NCBI GenBank assembly: GCA_963728665.1
Contig: CAVSLG010000007.1
Coordinates: 12,715-76,714, forward strand
Source of the DNA: an uncultured Actinomycetes bacterium
GTDB taxonomy: Bacteria > Actinomycetota > UBA4738 > HRBIN12
Reading direction: 5' to 3'
DNA: 64,000 bases
Of this stretch, positions 40,226 to 49,829 are shown in pieces; position 1 is the first letter of the stretch; each line of letters starts with the position of its first letter. The notes beneath the pieces were generated by a model. That model ran no database searches, was not told the origin of the DNA, and was given only the letters and a program-made list of their open reading frames with translations. The position numbers were made by a program, and so were the translations under genes.

Positions 40226-41254
40226 TCAGTCGTCGAAGAAGCGCCTGACCCCGACCGCCACGGCGCGGCCGACCCGCCCGGCGAATTCTGGGTCGTCGAT
40301 CTGGGCGGCCTCCCGCTCGTTCGTGATGAACGCCGGCTCGACCTGCACCGCCGGCATGCGCGTCTCGCGCAGCATCGAGACGGCCAGGCGCTGCAAGCGG
40401 CCGCGCGTGCCGAGCGTCGCCTCGACCTCCTCGAGGATCAGCTGGGCCAACAGCATGCCGGCGGGCGAGTGGGTCTGGTCGCTGCCGAAGTAGGAGACGG
40501 TCGGTCCCGACGCCTCGGGCAGGCCGGCCGCGAGCTCGATCGAGACGCACATCGATGCGCCCATCTCGTTGGCCACCCGCGCACGTTCCGTGGGCCCGAG
40601 CTGCTCGTCGCGCGCCCGGAGCAACGATGGCTTCGCGCCCATCGCCGCCAACTCGTCTCGCAGCACCTCTGCGACCGAGTACGTGCAGGCGCTCCCGACC
40701 TCGTTCGGGTCGCCGGGGTCGATCGCGAGCACCTGGGCGTCGATCGAGGCCCGCATCTGCCGGAGCTCTTCCTCTTCGCGGACCAAGGCGCGGCTCGGCC
40801 CGGACTCGTTCGGGCGCATCCGCTCGAGCGTCTCGATCGCGTGCAGGCCCACGATGCCGTCGGGCGTCTCGCCGACGTTGCGCTGGAAGTCGCGCATCGC
40901 ACGGTCGGTGTTCACACCGAACATGCCGTCCTCGCGACCAGCGTCGAAGCCGAGGGCATTCAGCTTGCGCTGCAACGCTCGTACGTCGTCGCCACGGAAG
41001 AACGGCGAGTGCAGGTACAGCGTGCGATCTCCGAGCCGGTATCCGGCTTCGACGAGTTGGCCCCAGGTGTCGGGCCCGACGAGGCCGTCGACCCGCAGAC
41101 TGCGTCGTGCCTGGAAACCCCGAACGGCTGCGTCGGTCGACGGTCCGAAGCGACCGTGGGTCTCCTCGTCATCGATCGCGAGGCCGAGCCCGGTCAGCCG
41201 CTCTTGGATGTCGCCGACCTCGGGGCCTTCGTCGCCGAGGTGGTAGATGCGCAC
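40226..41254 (-). CDS. cwlM: N-acetylmuramoyl-L-alanine amidase-like regulator CwlM (two PG-binding repeats plus Amidase_3 domain)
   Basis: Distal part of ORF 40226..41602. GTG 41254 (VRIYHLGDEGPEVGDIQERL). Repeated GxxGPxTxxAVRxFQ motifs. Conserved position next to trxA/trxB. Confidence 0.8.
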   Translation of the reverse strand: MRIYHLGDEGPEVGDIQERLTGLGLAIDDEETHGRFGPSTDAAVRGFQARRSLRVDGLVGPDTWGQLVEAGYRLGDRTLYLHSPFFRGDDVRALQRKLNALGFDAGREDGMFGVNTDRAMRDFQRNVGETPDGIVGLHAIETLERMRPNESGPSRALVREEEELRQMRASIDAQVLAIDPGDPNEVGSACTYSVAEVLRDELAAMGAKPSLLRARDEQLGPTERARVANEMGASMCVSIELAAGLPEASGPTVSYFGSDQTHSPAGMLLAQLILEEVEATLGTRGRLQRLAVSMLRETRMPAVQVEPAFITNEREAAQIDDPEFAGRVGRAVAVGVRRFFDD

Positions 41255-41364
41255 ACGACGAGTCTGCCCCGCTCTCGTACGCGGCGGCAACCGGTCGGGT
41301 GGGGAGGGCGGAGTCGAGGCTCCGCCCTCCACCGGGTTCGGACGCCCGTTCGAGGACGAGCTGG

Positions 41365-41691
41365 TCAGGCCAGGTGCGGCTCGATGTCGCGCAGGATCGC
41401 GTCCTTCGGCTTCGCGCCGATCACGCGCGCGACCTCCTGTCCGCCCTTGAACAGGATCAGGCTCGGGATGCTCATCACGCCGTAGGTGCGGGTCGCCTGC
41501 GGGTTCTCGTCGATATTGAGCTTCACGACCTTCAAGGCCTCGCCCTTGTCCTGGCCGATCTCCTCGACCACCGGCGAGACCATGTGGCAGGGCACGCACC
41601 ACTCTGCCCAGAAATCCACGAGCACCGGGGTCTCGGAGTCCAGCACCGAGGCCTGGAACTCCTGGTCGTTCACGCTGTTCAGGTTCGCCAT
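41365..41691 (-). CDS. trxA: Thioredoxin with variant WCVPC active site
   Basis: Distal 108 codons of ORF 41365..41787. MANLNSVNDQEFQASVLDSETPVLVDFWAEWCVPCHMVSP. Confidence 0.93.
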   Translation of the reverse strand: MANLNSVNDQEFQASVLDSETPVLVDFWAEWCVPCHMVSPVVEEIGQDKGEALKVVKLNIDENPQATRTYGVMSIPSLILFKGGQEVARVIGAKPKDAILRDIEPHLA

Positions 41692-41783
41692 CGTCGCTCT
41701 CCTCGTCGGTGTGTGCGGCCGGTCGTCATGCGGTCTGACCGCCGAGACGTGCAACGCGCGCACGGGCCTGAGTGATTCCCGGT

Positions 41784-42722
41784 TCAACCCTCCGCGTGGG
41801 CCAGCTCCTCGAGGAACCGCTCGGCGTCGATCGCCGCCTTGCAGCCCTGTCCTGCGGCCGTGACCGCCTGCTTGTAGATCGTGTCGGTGACGTCGCCGGC
41901 CGCGAACACGCCTGGCACGCTGGTGTTCGTGCGAGGCTCCTGCACCACCACGTAGCCGTTCCCGTCGAGTTCCAGCTGACCCGTGAACAGCGACGTGTTG
42001 GGGTCGTGGCCGATCGCCATGAACACCCCGTCGGTCGCCATCTCGCGTTCCTCGCCCGTCACCGTGTCGCGGAGCCGGACACCGCTGACCGCCCCGTCGC
42101 CGAGGATCTCGATCACGCCGGCGTTCCAGGCCACCTCGATCTTGGGGTTCGCGAGGGCGCGCTCCTGCATGATCTTCGAGGCGCGGAACTCGGCACGGCG
42201 ATGCACGATCGTCACCTTCGACGCGAACTTCGTGAGGAACGTGGCCTCCTCCATCGCGGAGTCGCCGCCGCCCACGACGACCAGCTCCCGGTCTCGGAAG
42301 AAGAACCCGTCACAGGTCGCGCAGGCGCTCACGCCACGACCTCGGAGCTGTTCCTCGCCCGGCACGCCGAGCCAACGGGCGCTGGCCCCGGTCGAGATGA
42401 TCACGGTCATCGCTCGCCAGACTTGGTCGCCCGCCTTCACCGTGAACGGCCGGCTCGACAGGTCGACCTCGGTGGCGTGCACGGGCAGGATCTGGGCACC
42501 GAAGCGTGCGGCCTGCTTCTCGAATCGTTCCATCAGCTCCGGCCCCATCAGGCCGTCGGGGAAGCCGGGATAGTTCTCGACGTCGGTCGTCAGCATGAGC
42601 TGACCGCCCGCGTCGAGGCCTTTGAGCACCAGGGGTTCCAGGTTCGCCCGGCCCGCGTACAGGGCCGCCGTATAGCCGGCCGGCCCGGAGCCGATCACGA
42701 TCACGTTGCGTGCCTCTTCCAT
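41784..42722 (-). CDS. trxB: Thioredoxin-disulfide reductase
   Basis: ORF 41784..42761 with ATG 42722 (MEEARNVIVIGSGPAGYTAALYA). Redox centre CATCDG. NADPH motif VVGGGDSAMEEA. Confidence 0.95.
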   Translation of the reverse strand: MEEARNVIVIGSGPAGYTAALYAGRANLEPLVLKGLDAGGQLMLTTDVENYPGFPDGLMGPELMERFEKQAARFGAQILPVHATEVDLSSRPFTVKAGDQVWRAMTVIISTGASARWLGVPGEEQLRGRGVSACATCDGFFFRDRELVVVGGGDSAMEEATFLTKFASKVTIVHRRAEFRASKIMQERALANPKIEVAWNAGVIEILGDGAVSGVRLRDTVTGEEREMATDGVFMAIGHDPNTSLFTGQLELDGNGYVVVQEPRTNTSVPGVFAAGDVTDTIYKQAVTAAGQGCKAAIDAERFLEELAHAEG

Positions 42723-42793
42723 CGTCCGCAAATCCTCCCACAGGCACGAACGCGCGAGCATCCCCGGACATGCCCTGCTCGGCCCATGCTCCC

Positions 42794-43570
42794 TCAGATG
42801 CGTGCGGACGTGACCGTCAGGATCGAACAGTCCTCGGCGACGGCCACCCAGACCGACACCGCGTTCGGAGGCGTGTCGGCGCCCGGACTCTCGAGCACGT
42901 AGGCGATGAAGACCGGTGTGCCCTCGAACGTTGCTCGCTGCACGCGCACGATCTCGCCCGGATAGCCGGGGAATGCCTGCTCCAGGCAGCCCACGGCCCG
43001 CGCCGTCCGGGCGGGTCCCGCGATCCGGGCCTGATCGGGTGCGGCCGCCGGTGACGCCACGGCTCCGGCCGCGTCCGAGACGGCCTCCCCGTTCGGGTCC
43101 TGCGTGTACGAGGCGGCGAAGGCCGTGGCGGCGTCCTGCAGCGCCGGTGCGTCGTAGTCGGTCTCGATCAGCTCGAGCTGTGGGTGGGTCTCGGCGTCAT
43201 CGCCCGCTTCCGCGACGCCGTCGGCCGCGACGCCGGCGTCGTTCGAACCGTCGCCGAGCCGGGGAACGACGAGGGCGACGACCGCGACGACCGCCGCCGC
43301 CGCGAGTACGGGCGCGAGCTTCGACCATGGCGCCTTCGACGAGGCGCGCGGGGCCGCGAGTCGTGCCAGGTGCTCGGGTGCGAACCGCGCCGCGAGGTCC
43401 GGGCTCAAAGGCGCCGGCAGCGCTCGGAGGGCGGCGCGGGCCGTACCGGCCGCGTCGGCCTCGCCACGACAGCGCGAGCACGAACGCAGGTGCTCGTCGA
43501 CCACGGCACGCTCGGTGGGATCGAGGGTGTCGTCGACGAACGGGGCAAGCTGATCGAGAGGATGGGTCAC
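42794..43570 (-). CDS. Anti-sigma factor (zf-HC2 type) with one TM helix
   Basis: ORF 42794..43570. GTG start overlaps the sigma gene stop (GTGA). The HLRSCSRC motif and the TM helix LAPVLAAAAVVAVVALVV. Confidence 0.8.
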   Translation of the reverse strand: MTHPLDQLAPFVDDTLDPTERAVVDEHLRSCSRCRGEADAAGTARAALRALPAPLSPDLAARFAPEHLARLAAPRASSKAPWSKLAPVLAAAAVVAVVALVVPRLGDGSNDAGVAADGVAEAGDDAETHPQLELIETDYDAPALQDAATAFAASYTQDPNGEAVSDAAGAVASPAAAPDQARIAGPARTARAVGCLEQAFPGYPGEIVRVQRATFEGTPVFIAYVLESPGADTPPNAVSVWVAVAEDCSILTVTSARI

Positions 43571-44184
43571 GGTTCCTGCTCCGACGTCTGCGGGGGGGCG
43601 AGCGGTTCCCGCACACCGGGCTCGATGCCGAGGGCGGTCGCGAGGGCGAGGCGGCCACGATGCACCCGGGACTTCACCGTGCCGATCGGCACGTCGAGCA
43701 CCTGCGCGATCTGGTCGTACGCCATGTCCTGCACGTCGGCCAGCACCAACGCGACCCGGAACTCCTCGGGGATAGAGCCCAGCGCGGCCGCGGCATCGCG
43801 GGTTCCTGCCACCTCATCGGCATGATCGACGGTCGGTGGTCCTGGCTCGTGCTCGAGGTCGTCGTCGGCCGCGACGTGCAGCATCGGTCGGCGCCGTTTC
43901 CTACGCAGCTCGTCATAGCAAGCGTTCACCGCCACCCGGTGCAGCCACGTCGTGAACGCCGCGTCGCCCCGGAAGCCGTCGAGCTTGCGCAGCACGGTCA
44001 GGAACGTGTCCTGTGCCACGTCGGCCGCAGCATCGGCGTCACCCAGGACCCGCAGGCACAGGGAGTACACGCGCTGCTGGTGGCGTCGGACGAGATCGGT
44101 GAACGCGTCGGGCTCACCCGCTCGGAAGCGCCGGACGAGATCCTCGTCGCGCTCGGCCTCGGTCACGGCCGGAACGCTACACAC
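43567..44184 (-). CDS. ECF (sigma-70 family) RNA polymerase sigma factor, SigM-like by position
   Basis: ORF 43567..44184. Region 2 DVAQDTFLTVLRKLDGFRGDAAFTTWLHRVAVNACYD and region 4 AYDQIAQVLDVPIGTVKSRVHRGR. Confidence 0.9.
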   Translation of the reverse strand: MCSVPAVTEAERDEDLVRRFRAGEPDAFTDLVRRHQQRVYSLCLRVLGDADAAADVAQDTFLTVLRKLDGFRGDAAFTTWLHRVAVNACYDELRRKRRRPMLHVAADDDLEHEPGPPTVDHADEVAGTRDAAAALGSIPEEFRVALVLADVQDMAYDQIAQVLDVPIGTVKSRVHRGRLALATALGIEPGVREPLAPPQTSEQEP

Positions 44185-44605
44185 CGGAGGGGCCGTTGGC
44201 CTCCGTCACGACGACCGCGGTGTACTCGGCGGTCGGACCGAAGCGGCCCGCGACCAGCGTGTCGGCGGTGGCGCGCAGCGTGACGGCGACTCGGCCCGTC
44301 GTCTCGTCGACGGCGCAGCCGGTCTTCCCCAGCTTGAGGGCCTGGTCCTGGGCCTCGATGCTGATCGCGACGGCTTCGCACGCCTTGGTCACGCTGCGAC
44401 CCTCGGTGCGGAACGCCGCCGCCCCATCGCTCGCGGCCTCGGTCGCGACCTCGGACAGATGCAGGGTGGTGCGTCCGATCGACACGGCGTCGACCACGCC
44501 CACGCCGAGCACGGCGAGGATCAACAGCCAGAGCACCGCCGCCTTGCCGACCATGCCGGCCTCGCCGGTGCGTTCGGGCTCGATGTGGTGGAGCATGCCA
44601 GTCAT
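44177..44605 (-). CDS. Hypothetical membrane-anchored protein
   Basis: ORF 44177..44605. Overlaps murJ by 4 nt (44602..44605) and the sigma factor ORF as drawn by 8 nt (44177..44184). One TM helix AAVLWLLILAVLGVGVV. Confidence 0.55.
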   Translation of the reverse strand: MTGMLHHIEPERTGEAGMVGKAAVLWLLILAVLGVGVVDAVSIGRTTLHLSEVATEAASDGAAAFRTEGRSVTKACEAVAISIEAQDQALKLGKTGCAVDETTGRVAVTLRATADTLVAGRFGPTAEYTAVVVTEANGPSGV

Positions 44606-46329
44606 CCGCGGAACCTCCTGCGTACCGCGCCGATCACTTCATCGACCTCTTCCATGCCCAACATGAGCGCCTCCAGGAGATACACAGCGACCCCCACGAT
44701 GACCGCGAGCCCGACCTGAACGAGCCGCCAGACCACCATCTGGGTGTCGACCGCCGACGCCACCCCGGCAGCGACCAGCCATGCGACGACCGCCGTGACG
44801 GCGGCCGCCGGCACGGCGCGAGCGATCGTGGCGCCGACATGCCGGCCGTCGAGCGAGTGGAGCTTCGGGCGGAGCAGCGAGAGCCCCACGGCGGTCGCGA
44901 ACACGTACGACACCGCGTGGCCGAGGGCGAGGGCGGGCACGTCCCATCCGACCGCGCTCACCAGCGTCACGTCGACCGCCACCGTGACGATCGCCGCCCC
45001 GATGTTGACGAGGGCCGGCGTTCGGCTGTCCTGCGTCGCGTAGAACGTGCGCGTGATCAGCTGGAAGGCCGAGAAGAACGGCAGCCCGACCGCGAACCCC
45101 TGCAGCGTGCGCGCGATCAACGGCACATCGGACTCCAGGACCCATCCGTATTCCAGCAGCAACGACACGATCGGCTGCGCCAGCGCGAGGAACGCGAACG
45201 ACGCCGGCACGATCACCACGATCGTGTCGCGCAGCCCGAGCGAGAATCGGTCTCGCACCCCGTCGATGTCGCCGTCGCTCCATCGCTCGGCCATCGCCGG
45301 CAGCAGCGCGGTGAAGATCGAGACCGCGAAGATCGAGTGCGGCAGCAGGAAGACGATGAAGGCCGTGGCGTAGATCTGGTAGCAGGCGTCGCAGATCCCG
45401 CCCGCGAGGATGATGATCGCGACGTAGGCGAGCTGGTTCGCTGCGACGTAGACGAAGACCCATCCCGAGAGACGCACGATGCGGCGGATGCCGGGGTGGC
45501 CCCATCCACCGGCCAGCCGCCACCGGAAGCCCGTTCCTCGCAGCGATGGCCAGAGGGCGACGGTCATGGCGACGACGCCGAGGGTGGTGCCGGCGCCGAG
45601 CACGGTCTTCTCCAGCCACGTGATGTCTCCGACCGACGGCGCCGCGTCGGCTCGGAGCATCGCGTAGGCCGCGAACGCCGCGATGGCGACGAGGTTGTTG
45701 ACGATCGGCGCGAACATCGGGGCGGCGAACCGGCGCTCGGTGTTGAGCAGCCCCGAGGCGATCGCGCCGATGCCGTAGAAGACGATCTGGGGCATGAACC
45801 AACGGAGCAGGAACACCCCGAGCTCGATCTGGGCCTCGCGGTCGACGGCCTCGGAGGCGACGAGGTACAGGCGCATGATCTGTGGCGCGAAGACGAAACC
45901 GACGATCGCCACGGCGGACAGTAAGACGAGCGCCAGCGTGAGGACTCGCCGCCCGAGGTCGAAGGCGGCTTCGCGCCCATTCCGTCGCTGGTGATCGACG
46001 AACACGGGCACGAACACCGAGGTCAGGATGCCCCCCAGGATCAGCTCGTAGACGATGTTGGGGGTGGTGTTGGCCTGCGTGTAGACGTTGCCGAGCGGCG
46101 CGATCGTGACGCCGAGGGCCGCGGTCTGCGCGGCGATGCGCACGTACCCGGTCAGACGCGACAGGGTCGTGCCGACGGTCATGAGCGCGGTGTTCCGCAC
46201 GTAGGCGCTCGTCGTGTCGGGGGGGAGCCCCTCCGCCGGCCCCTGCCGAGGTGTCAGTGCTTCGGGCGTCGGACCAACCTCCTCGACCAGAGCAGCAGCA
46301 GCAGCAGCCCGGCGCCGATCGTGATCCAC
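44602..46329 (-). CDS. murJ: Lipid II flippase MurJ (MviN)
   Basis: ORF 44602..46329. Segments RNTALMTVGTTLSRLTGYVR, NTTPNIVYELILGGILTSVFVP and about 14 TM helices. Start uncertain: ATG 46329 overlaps the upstream gene by 76 nt, and a GTG near 46197 is possible. Confidence 0.9.
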   Translation of the reverse strand: MDHDRRRAAAAAALVEEVGPTPEALTPRQGPAEGLPPDTTSAYVRNTALMTVGTTLSRLTGYVRIAAQTAALGVTIAPLGNVYTQANTTPNIVYELILGGILTSVFVPVFVDHQRRNGREAAFDLGRRVLTLALVLLSAVAIVGFVFAPQIMRLYLVASEAVDREAQIELGVFLLRWFMPQIVFYGIGAIASGLLNTERRFAAPMFAPIVNNLVAIAAFAAYAMLRADAAPSVGDITWLEKTVLGAGTTLGVVAMTVALWPSLRGTGFRWRLAGGWGHPGIRRIVRLSGWVFVYVAANQLAYVAIIILAGGICDACYQIYATAFIVFLLPHSIFAVSIFTALLPAMAERWSDGDIDGVRDRFSLGLRDTIVVIVPASFAFLALAQPIVSLLLEYGWVLESDVPLIARTLQGFAVGLPFFSAFQLITRTFYATQDSRTPALVNIGAAIVTVAVDVTLVSAVGWDVPALALGHAVSYVFATAVGLSLLRPKLHSLDGRHVGATIARAVPAAAVTAVVAWLVAAGVASAVDTQMVVWRLVQVGLAVIVGVAVYLLEALMLGMEEVDEVIGAVRRRFRG

Positions 46330-48311
46330 AGCGCCACGCTATTCACCGCCGTCGTACGCACGGCGAGGTTCTGATCCTCGCCGAGATCGCGCCCCGAGGG
46401 TGCCCGGGTCTTCACCCTGATCGTCTGAGGGCCGCCTGCCTTGGCCACCACGTCGAACGTGACGATCTCGTCGGGCCCCTCGATGGTGATGGTCTGCTGC
46501 GCGCCGTCGGGGAACTCGAACGAGGCCGAGCGAAGCACGACCTGCACGGTGAGCGGGGTGGTGCCTGGATCGCCCATGCGCAGCGGGATCGAGCCCTCGC
46601 TCGAGGTCAGCAGGAACTCCTGCTGCACGTCCGGTAGCACGTCCCGGAAGATCGAACCGGTGACGGCGTTCACCTGGTCGTACCAACGACGCCCCGCGAT
46701 CGTGTCGGACACGTATTCGCCGGCTTCCGCAAAGAGCAGGTTGCGCTCGAGCCGTGCCGGTTGCGGGCTCGGACCGGCGAGCATCGACCGGTAGGCGGTC
46801 ACGTTGCGGCGTTGATCCCGGATCGCATCGACATAGTCACGGGGGAACCGTGCCAGCGACGGCGTTGCCACCGCGCCCTCCTGCGTGGGGTGCACCTGCT
46901 CCGCGAAGGTTGCCGCCTGGGTGCGTCGCAGGAAGGGCGCCTCGGAGAGCCGGCGCACGAGCGGTGCCCAGATCGCCGGGGGCAGCGCGGCGGGCATCTG
47001 CACAGCGATCCCCCGCACGGTCTGGGTGCCGTCTGGCTGAAGGCCGGGCACGGGCTGCTCCCGCCAGATCGTCGCCAGCTCCCCGAGCACCGCCTGAGCC
47101 GCCCTCACCGGATCTTCGAGCAGGGTCGGGTCTCCCAGCAGACCCTGTACACCGGGGTCGGGCAGCACGAGGTCGAGGGTCGCGCCGTCGGCCGTCGCGA
47201 CGGTCGCGACGGGCAGGGGTGCGAAGTCATTGGGCTGCGATGGTCGCTCCACGGTATCGGCCTGCGCCAGGAGCGTCGTGGCGCCCCGGTCGGCGAGCCA
47301 CTGCAGGCTCGGTTCATCGAGGGCTCCTTGCGGGGGCCTCGCGGTCGTCGGCGACGGCTCGTGGTCGAGCTGAGCGGAGACGACCGCATCGCCCAGCGCC
47401 TGTTGGCGGGCGAGGTCGGGAGCCAGACCGCCCGAGGCCAACGACGGGAGGAGCGGGGCCGCGAAGGGTGCGACCACGAGCTGCACATCGGGGTCGGCCG
47501 CGAGCTCGCGCAGCCGGGTGAGCAACACGGCGGCGTTCGTCGCGGGGGGCTGGCCGGGGTCGATCCTCTCGCCTGAGGCGCGCTCGTACCCGTCGGCCAT
47601 GCGAGCGAGCTGATCCACCAGCATCGGAACGATGACCAGGTCGACGGCGACGGTGCCATCGTCGGGCCTCACCGCTGCGAGGAGGGATTCGACCTGCTGC
47701 GTCAGACCTCCCTCGGGCCCGATCGCGGCCTCGAACGTGGGATCGGCGAGCCGGCCCTGCGGGTCCATCGCGATCGGGGCATCGAACTCCGCCCACCACG
47801 CGAGCTCGATCGGAACCTCCGGCGCGCGAACGAGGTGCACCAGCGGCGTGTCGATGAGGGCGATCTGCGCGCCCCCGCTCCGCAGGTCGACACGTGCCGG
47901 GTACACGAGGGAGTCGACCTCGCTCACCTCACCGATCGAGCCCAGGTCGATCGAGATGGTGAACTCGCGCGTCGCGCCGGCCTCGAGTGTGCCGGTCTGC
48001 TCGAGGGTGTTGCCCGCGATGGGAAGGGCCCCCGGTCCCTCGACGAGGGAGGTCTCGTAGTCCACCCGCGACCGGATCGCCGGCCCGACGACGAACCCGA
48101 CGGACAGATCGCCGACCGCCTCGTCACCCTGGTTCTGGGCGCGGAACTTGATCGTGACCTCGGGCTCGTCGAGCGTGGTGAACGGGGTCTGTGCCTTCAA
48201 CCTCAGCGTCACGGTTGGCTCCTGGGCGCCGGCAGGCGTGCTCGCGACGAACGAGTTCGTGACGACGAGCGCGAGCGGCAGGAGCGCGCCGAGCGCGCGG
48301 AGGGTCCTCAT
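46254..48311 (-). CDS. Large secreted protein with C-terminal membrane anchor (Rv3909/DUF6049-like by position)
   Basis: ORF 46254..48311. Signal MRTLRALGALLPLALVVTNSFVASTPAGA and C-terminal helix VALWITIGAGLLLLLLW. It lies directly upstream of murJ, as in mycobacteria. Confidence 0.65.
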   Translation of the reverse strand: MRTLRALGALLPLALVVTNSFVASTPAGAQEPTVTLRLKAQTPFTTLDEPEVTIKFRAQNQGDEAVGDLSVGFVVGPAIRSRVDYETSLVEGPGALPIAGNTLEQTGTLEAGATREFTISIDLGSIGEVSEVDSLVYPARVDLRSGGAQIALIDTPLVHLVRAPEVPIELAWWAEFDAPIAMDPQGRLADPTFEAAIGPEGGLTQQVESLLAAVRPDDGTVAVDLVIVPMLVDQLARMADGYERASGERIDPGQPPATNAAVLLTRLRELAADPDVQLVVAPFAAPLLPSLASGGLAPDLARQQALGDAVVSAQLDHEPSPTTARPPQGALDEPSLQWLADRGATTLLAQADTVERPSQPNDFAPLPVATVATADGATLDLVLPDPGVQGLLGDPTLLEDPVRAAQAVLGELATIWREQPVPGLQPDGTQTVRGIAVQMPAALPPAIWAPLVRRLSEAPFLRRTQAATFAEQVHPTQEGAVATPSLARFPRDYVDAIRDQRRNVTAYRSMLAGPSPQPARLERNLLFAEAGEYVSDTIAGRRWYDQVNAVTGSIFRDVLPDVQQEFLLTSSEGSIPLRMGDPGTTPLTVQVVLRSASFEFPDGAQQTITIEGPDEIVTFDVVAKAGGPQTIRVKTRAPSGRDLGEDQNLAVRTTAVNSVALWITIGAGLLLLLLWSRRLVRRPKH

Positions 48312-48364
48312 GGCGGTTCCTCATCGTAGCCCCGAGGGGTCGGTGCCCACGGAGCTCGCGGGGG

Positions 48365-49132
48365 TCAGCGCGCGAGCACTTCGAGCGCTTCCGAGACGCC
48401 GTACGCGGTGGCCACGATGAGCAGGAAGCTGCCCACGAGCATCCGCAGGGTGCGTTCATGGGTGCCCAGCGCCACCGTGGCTCCGATCAGCGCTCCGGGC
48501 ACCGCGCCGATCGCCACGATCGCGACCAACGTCCAGTCGATGTGACCGAGCGCCGCGTGTGTGATCGTGCCCGGGATCACCAGCGCCACGATCGCGAGCA
48601 ATGATGTGCCGAGAGCGCGTTTCAGGGGCATGCCGAGCCAACCCGCCAGCAGCGGCACGATCACGAGGCCGCCTCCGATGCCCAGCAGGCCGCTCACGAA
48701 CCCCGCGAAGATCCCGATACCGATGTACATCGAGGGGGTGGCCTCGAACGACGGGCCTCGCCGGTCCCGCGACCCACGAAGGATGCCGACCGATTGGTAG
48801 GCGAGGAGCGCCGCCGTGATCACCAGCAACACATGGGTGTCGACGAACGTCGTGAGCAGGGCGCCGACGATCGATGCGGGCACGCCGGGTCCGATCATCC
48901 AGGCGGCCGCTCGCTCGTCGAGTTCGCCGGCACGGCGGTAGGTGAGGGCTCCCGTCAGGGCGGTTGGAAGGATCACCGGCAGCGGCGTCGCGAGTGCCAC
49001 GATCGGCGCGGCGTCGAGCACCACCTGCAGGCCGGGCGTCATCACGATGCCGCCGCCGACACCGAACAGGCCGGAGAGCACCCCGGACACGAGGCCGATG
49101 AGGATGCCGAGCGCGACCTCGAGGGGCGTCAT
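48365..49132 (-). CDS. TauE/SafE (TSUP) family anion exporter
   Basis: ORF 48365..49132. Internally duplicated motif GVGGGIVMTP / GIGGGLVIVP and about 8 TM helices. Confidence 0.85.
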   Translation of the reverse strand: MTPLEVALGILIGLVSGVLSGLFGVGGGIVMTPGLQVVLDAAPIVALATPLPVILPTALTGALTYRRAGELDERAAAWMIGPGVPASIVGALLTTFVDTHVLLVITAALLAYQSVGILRGSRDRRGPSFEATPSMYIGIGIFAGFVSGLLGIGGGLVIVPLLAGWLGMPLKRALGTSLLAIVALVIPGTITHAALGHIDWTLVAIVAIGAVPGALIGATVALGTHERTLRMLVGSFLLIVATAYGVSEALEVLAR

Positions 49133-49145
49133 CGCGGGGCGTCCC

Positions 49146-49730
49146 TCACCTGAGCAGCTCGGCTGCCCGACCGAGCACCTCGCGTTCCCCTCGGTAGGCG
49201 GCCCGCTTCAAAGCTCGATCGAGCGGGAACCAGCGGACCTCCTCCATCTCGTCATCTCGGTCGTCGGGGTCGCCTCCCGTGCACCGCATCAGGAAGAAGT
49301 GCACGGTCTTGCGGATGCGGGCGTCCTCCCAGACGTAGAAGTAGCGGGTATCGCCGAGCGACGCCTCGATCTCGGCGGTGTAGCCGGTCTCCTCGAGTAC
49401 CTCGCGTATCGCCGCGTCCTCGTGGGACTCGCCGGGCTCGATGCCCCCCTTCGCCAGCCCCCATGCGAGGTCTCCTCGGCGGGTGCGCCGCGACGCGAGC
49501 ACGACCTCGATATCGTCGCCGTCGCGGCGGTACACGACCCCCCCGGCCGAGACCTCGCGCTGGACCGGTGACGCGGAGCGCCGGCCCCCCGGGGCCTTCT
49601 TCTTCGATGACGTGCGCTTCGATCGTTCCCCGGCCGGCTGCGACGCCGCGGTGGCCGCGGGCTTACGTCGTCGTCGTCGTCGGCGCTTCTTCGGCGGCGG
49701 ACTCCCCTCGGCGGCGGACTCGTCGGTCAC
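49146..49730 (-). CDS. NUDIX hydrolase with K/R-rich N-terminal extension (MutT4-like position)
   Basis: ORF 49146..49730. Nudix box GGIEPGESHEDAAIREVLEETGY. The N-terminus contains PPPKKRRRRRRRKP. Confidence 0.85.
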   Translation of the reverse strand: MTDESAAEGSPPPKKRRRRRRRKPAATAASQPAGERSKRTSSKKKAPGGRRSASPVQREVSAGGVVYRRDGDDIEVVLASRRTRRGDLAWGLAKGGIEPGESHEDAAIREVLEETGYTAEIEASLGDTRYFYVWEDARIRKTVHFFLMRCTGGDPDDRDDEMEEVRWFPLDRALKRAAYRGEREVLGRAAELLR

Positions 49731-49829
49731 GTGAGAATCCTAGCCGCAGCACTCAGGTGCGCCCGGGTGAGGGCCGATGGAACCACGTACCCGCGAGGGT
49801 CGTGGGTCGAACGGAGGCTTCCGTCGGAG

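Noticed and set aside
40099-40248. 49-codon plus-strand ORF (MSNEPEAPSADRSDDSDRHPTELERAGRASVVGLALGVFLRLVSRRRSA) between cwlM and the LLM pseudogene
   Set aside because: It has a plausible tail-anchored small membrane protein shape. However, it has no convincing ribosome-binding site, only moderate GC3 bias, and overlaps the cwlM 3' end. The evidence is too thin to call.
49720-49745. Second parS-like site around CACGTG (ggtcacgtgagaat)
   Set aside because: Only the central CACGTG matches. The flanks match 3 of 8 consensus positions. Other CACGTG occurrences (14755, 50166, 59913) are similarly poor.
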